From the IMG/VR virus record IMGVR_UViG_3300028048_000003: a stretch of DNA of 64,000 nt; one strand, 5' to 3'. How positions within the stretch are numbered: position 1 is the stretch's first letter; each line of letters opens with the position of its first letter. The translations under genes were made by a program, and so were the position numbers. The notes under the pieces were generated by a model, which saw nothing but the letters and a program-made list of their open reading frames with translations, was not told the origin of the DNA and did not search any database. Source of the DNA: a virus. Positions 62,133 through 64,000 of this stretch are shown piece by piece.

Positions 62133-63971
62133 TCACCCTCTTATCATCAAAGATACCTGACCGTCTATATATGCTCCGTCTTCATTCTTGAGGTACACGG
62201 TACATCCATAGCGCGTTATATTCTTTATTTCAATAGTGCCACCTGTATACGATGGGAAAATGCTAGGAGTTTTGAAATAGAGATTATCGAAAGCAACATC
62301 TGTGCCGCTTGCCTTAACATCAATGACTTGCGTCTCTTCTTGGATTGGTGCAACAATCTTTAATTCTGCCGCATTACAATAGCCATTAACGAGAATACGG
62401 AACTGGATGTATCTACAATCTATCTTCTTCGCCGTGTAATCTTCCCACTCTCCGTAGGAATCAGAGCCATAACGCATCTGGGCGCGGCAAGTGCCATGCA
62501 AATCGAGGTAGGGAATTATCGTATACACATCGTCAAGGTCAATTCCATCACACTCACACACCGCATAGGAGGACGTAGGAATCGAGGAAAGCTCTCTTTC
62601 TGTGGAGAAGTCTTTGCGCTGCCATGTAAAGTGGTCGTTGTTGGTAGTTCTGAGAGAGTCAAACTCTTTAATAGCGGGTATTGCCAGTCTGCGAATCGAA
62701 GAGAACTCATAAGAAAATCCCCTGCTCGTCTTTCTGAGGGCATCGTTGTTTGCATACTCATAAGAAACCATCCTACGAATTGCAACATAGTCATCCGAAA
62801 CATTGAGCCTGTCAGTATAGAGCGCTCTCGATAAGTCAGAATCACTAGATACACCGACTGCTGAACATACACAGGTATCATAATCATCCTTGACATTGAC
62901 TCGGGGGTTGAAATCCTTAGTGAACGACCAATAGAGTAACATATTGTTTTTGTTGCCGCTCTCATCGTAGATAGTCCAAGGAATCGACGTTCTATCCTTT
63001 GTATCTGAGTCAAATTTATCAAACCTAGCCAGCGAATCGGAAGGAATCTTTTTAAGTTCGTCATCCGTCAGGGAACGCTTAAATACTTGCAGTCCATAAA
63101 GATTGAACTGTGTATGGCTATTTCCGTCAGGGAACGCACCAAGATAGGTAGTGGAATCACATACGCCACGGCCTTGAGGTATTTCTACTGGCAGCTTCTT
63201 TCCGTCGCAGAATAGCTCCAGCTTTGTTCCTGTTGCTCTCAGAATGATTCTATGCTTTTTACCATCGTTGACGCGGACACCAGTATTGTATACATAATCG
63301 CCGCCATTTAACCGCTGTGCATACTTATAGTCAACCCGTCGATTAGTGTCATAGTCAATAGAGACAGGAATTGCCTTTCGGATAGTTCTGTCCGTATCGA
63401 GGAAACAGGAAACAGACAACACTTTATGTATCTTCGTGTCATATTCTGCTGTTCTGCCTGTATATTTCACAAAACGACTAGTGTCAAAATCAAATGAGTA
63501 TTTGTTACGAGGAATTTCATATTCGTAGGTATTGCCGTAAAGCGCCGCGTCGTTCCCGTTGCCGCTCTTATCTGTGAGTGTCTTTAGTAATGCATCTCTG
63601 GCTGTGGGAGCATATTCTGCGACTACTGCGCCGTTCTTTGCGAGCTTGAATGAGTATAGCGAAAAGTGTAAATGTGCTGCATCACGACCATCACGACCAT
63701 TGGCGCCTAAATATGGTGTCGGCATATAGACCGTTTTCTTATCTGTACCCTTGATGTAGACAGTATTTGCATACACGCCATCACAATATACGCTAATGCC
63801 GTTATCTGACGGATTGCTGACAATTTTGACAGTATGCTGCTTGCCATCGGCTACCTTGATTTTAGTATCTATATTTTCGTTTTGATGAAAGATGTAAAGA
63901 TTGCCGTTTTCTACATCAATGTGAAAATCCCTGCCGCCTGATATATCATCTACAAGCTCTTGACCGAACAA
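62133..63971 (-). CDS. tail fibre / receptor-binding protein with two LamG-like jelly-roll segments
   Basis: 612 aa. Two segments match the pattern DGK.H.v.i....g..vyCDG. It is the last structural gene before the lysis cassette. An in-frame TAA lies upstream of the ATG. Confidence 0.55.
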   Translation of the reverse strand: MFGQELVDDISGGRDFHIDVENGNLYIFHQNENIDTKIKVADGKQHTVKIVSNPSDNGISVYCDGVYANTVYIKGTDKKTVYMPTPYLGANGRDGRDAAHLHFSLYSFKLAKNGAVVAEYAPTARDALLKTLTDKSGNGNDAALYGNTYEYEIPRNKYSFDFDTSRFVKYTGRTAEYDTKIHKVLSVSCFLDTDRTIRKAIPVSIDYDTNRRVDYKYAQRLNGGDYVYNTGVRVNDGKKHRIILRATGTKLELFCDGKKLPVEIPQGRGVCDSTTYLGAFPDGNSHTQFNLYGLQVFKRSLTDDELKKIPSDSLARFDKFDSDTKDRTSIPWTIYDESGNKNNMLLYWSFTKDFNPRVNVKDDYDTCVCSAVGVSSDSDLSRALYTDRLNVSDDYVAIRRMVSYEYANNDALRKTSRGFSYEFSSIRRLAIPAIKEFDSLRTTNNDHFTWQRKDFSTERELSSIPTSSYAVCECDGIDLDDVYTIIPYLDLHGTCRAQMRYGSDSYGEWEDYTAKKIDCRYIQFRILVNGYCNAAELKIVAPIQEETQVIDVKASGTDVAFDNLYFKTPSIFPSYTGGTIEIKNITRYGCTVYLKNEDGAYIDGQVSLMIRG

Positions 63972-64000
63972 ACATTTTTTCAGAAATACTTCTGAATTAT

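Overview
The whole window is one stretch of a large (more than 64 kb) tailed dsDNA phage. It has siphovirus-type gene order and features typical of a Gram-positive (Bacillota-like) host: AAGGAGG ribosome-binding sites, an XhlA/holin/GH25 lysis cassette, and tRNAs with encoded CCA. No host genes are visible.

Layout:
(1) 1-20088, minus strand: structural and packaging module. It runs terS, terL, portal, scaffold, major capsid, connector proteins, major tail protein, a tail chaperone with a canonical -1 frameshift, a 2958-aa tape measure and an NlpC/P60 peptidase. A small antisense membrane gene (a moron) sits between the chaperone and the tape measure.
(2) 20089-22800: mostly non-coding and AT-rich, with many repeats and only two or three small genes.
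(3) 22811-32248, plus strand: early operon. It opens with about 600 nt of ORF-free structured RNA, followed by about 25 small orphan ORFs separated by terminator-like hairpins with conserved flanking boxes. It ends with a tyrosine recombinase.
(4) 32371-52347, minus strand: nucleotide-metabolism and replication genes. These are a sigma region-4-like regulator, nrdG, nrdD split by two group I introns, a PhoH-like ATPase, a 3D-domain hydrolase, a ThyX-like protein, dUTPase, a four-tRNA operon with long structured spacers, many small ORFs, nucleases, a primase-helicase, a Rad52-like annealase and an initiator-like protein.
(5) 52380-54632: plasmid-style maintenance region. It holds a candidate sRNA, two perfect DnaA boxes, parM/parR-like genes and an XRE repressor.
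(6) 54863-63971, minus strand: dnaE split by a group I intron carrying an HNH endonuclease, a DNA methyltransferase, the lysis cassette and a tail fibre.

The most interesting unexplained signals are the candidate large non-coding RNAs (22845-23450, and the spacers of the tRNA operon), the boxed terminator modules of the early operon, the repeat hub at 21.9-22.8 kb, and the phage-plasmid maintenance module. All functional calls come from motif recognition by eye. No database search was run.
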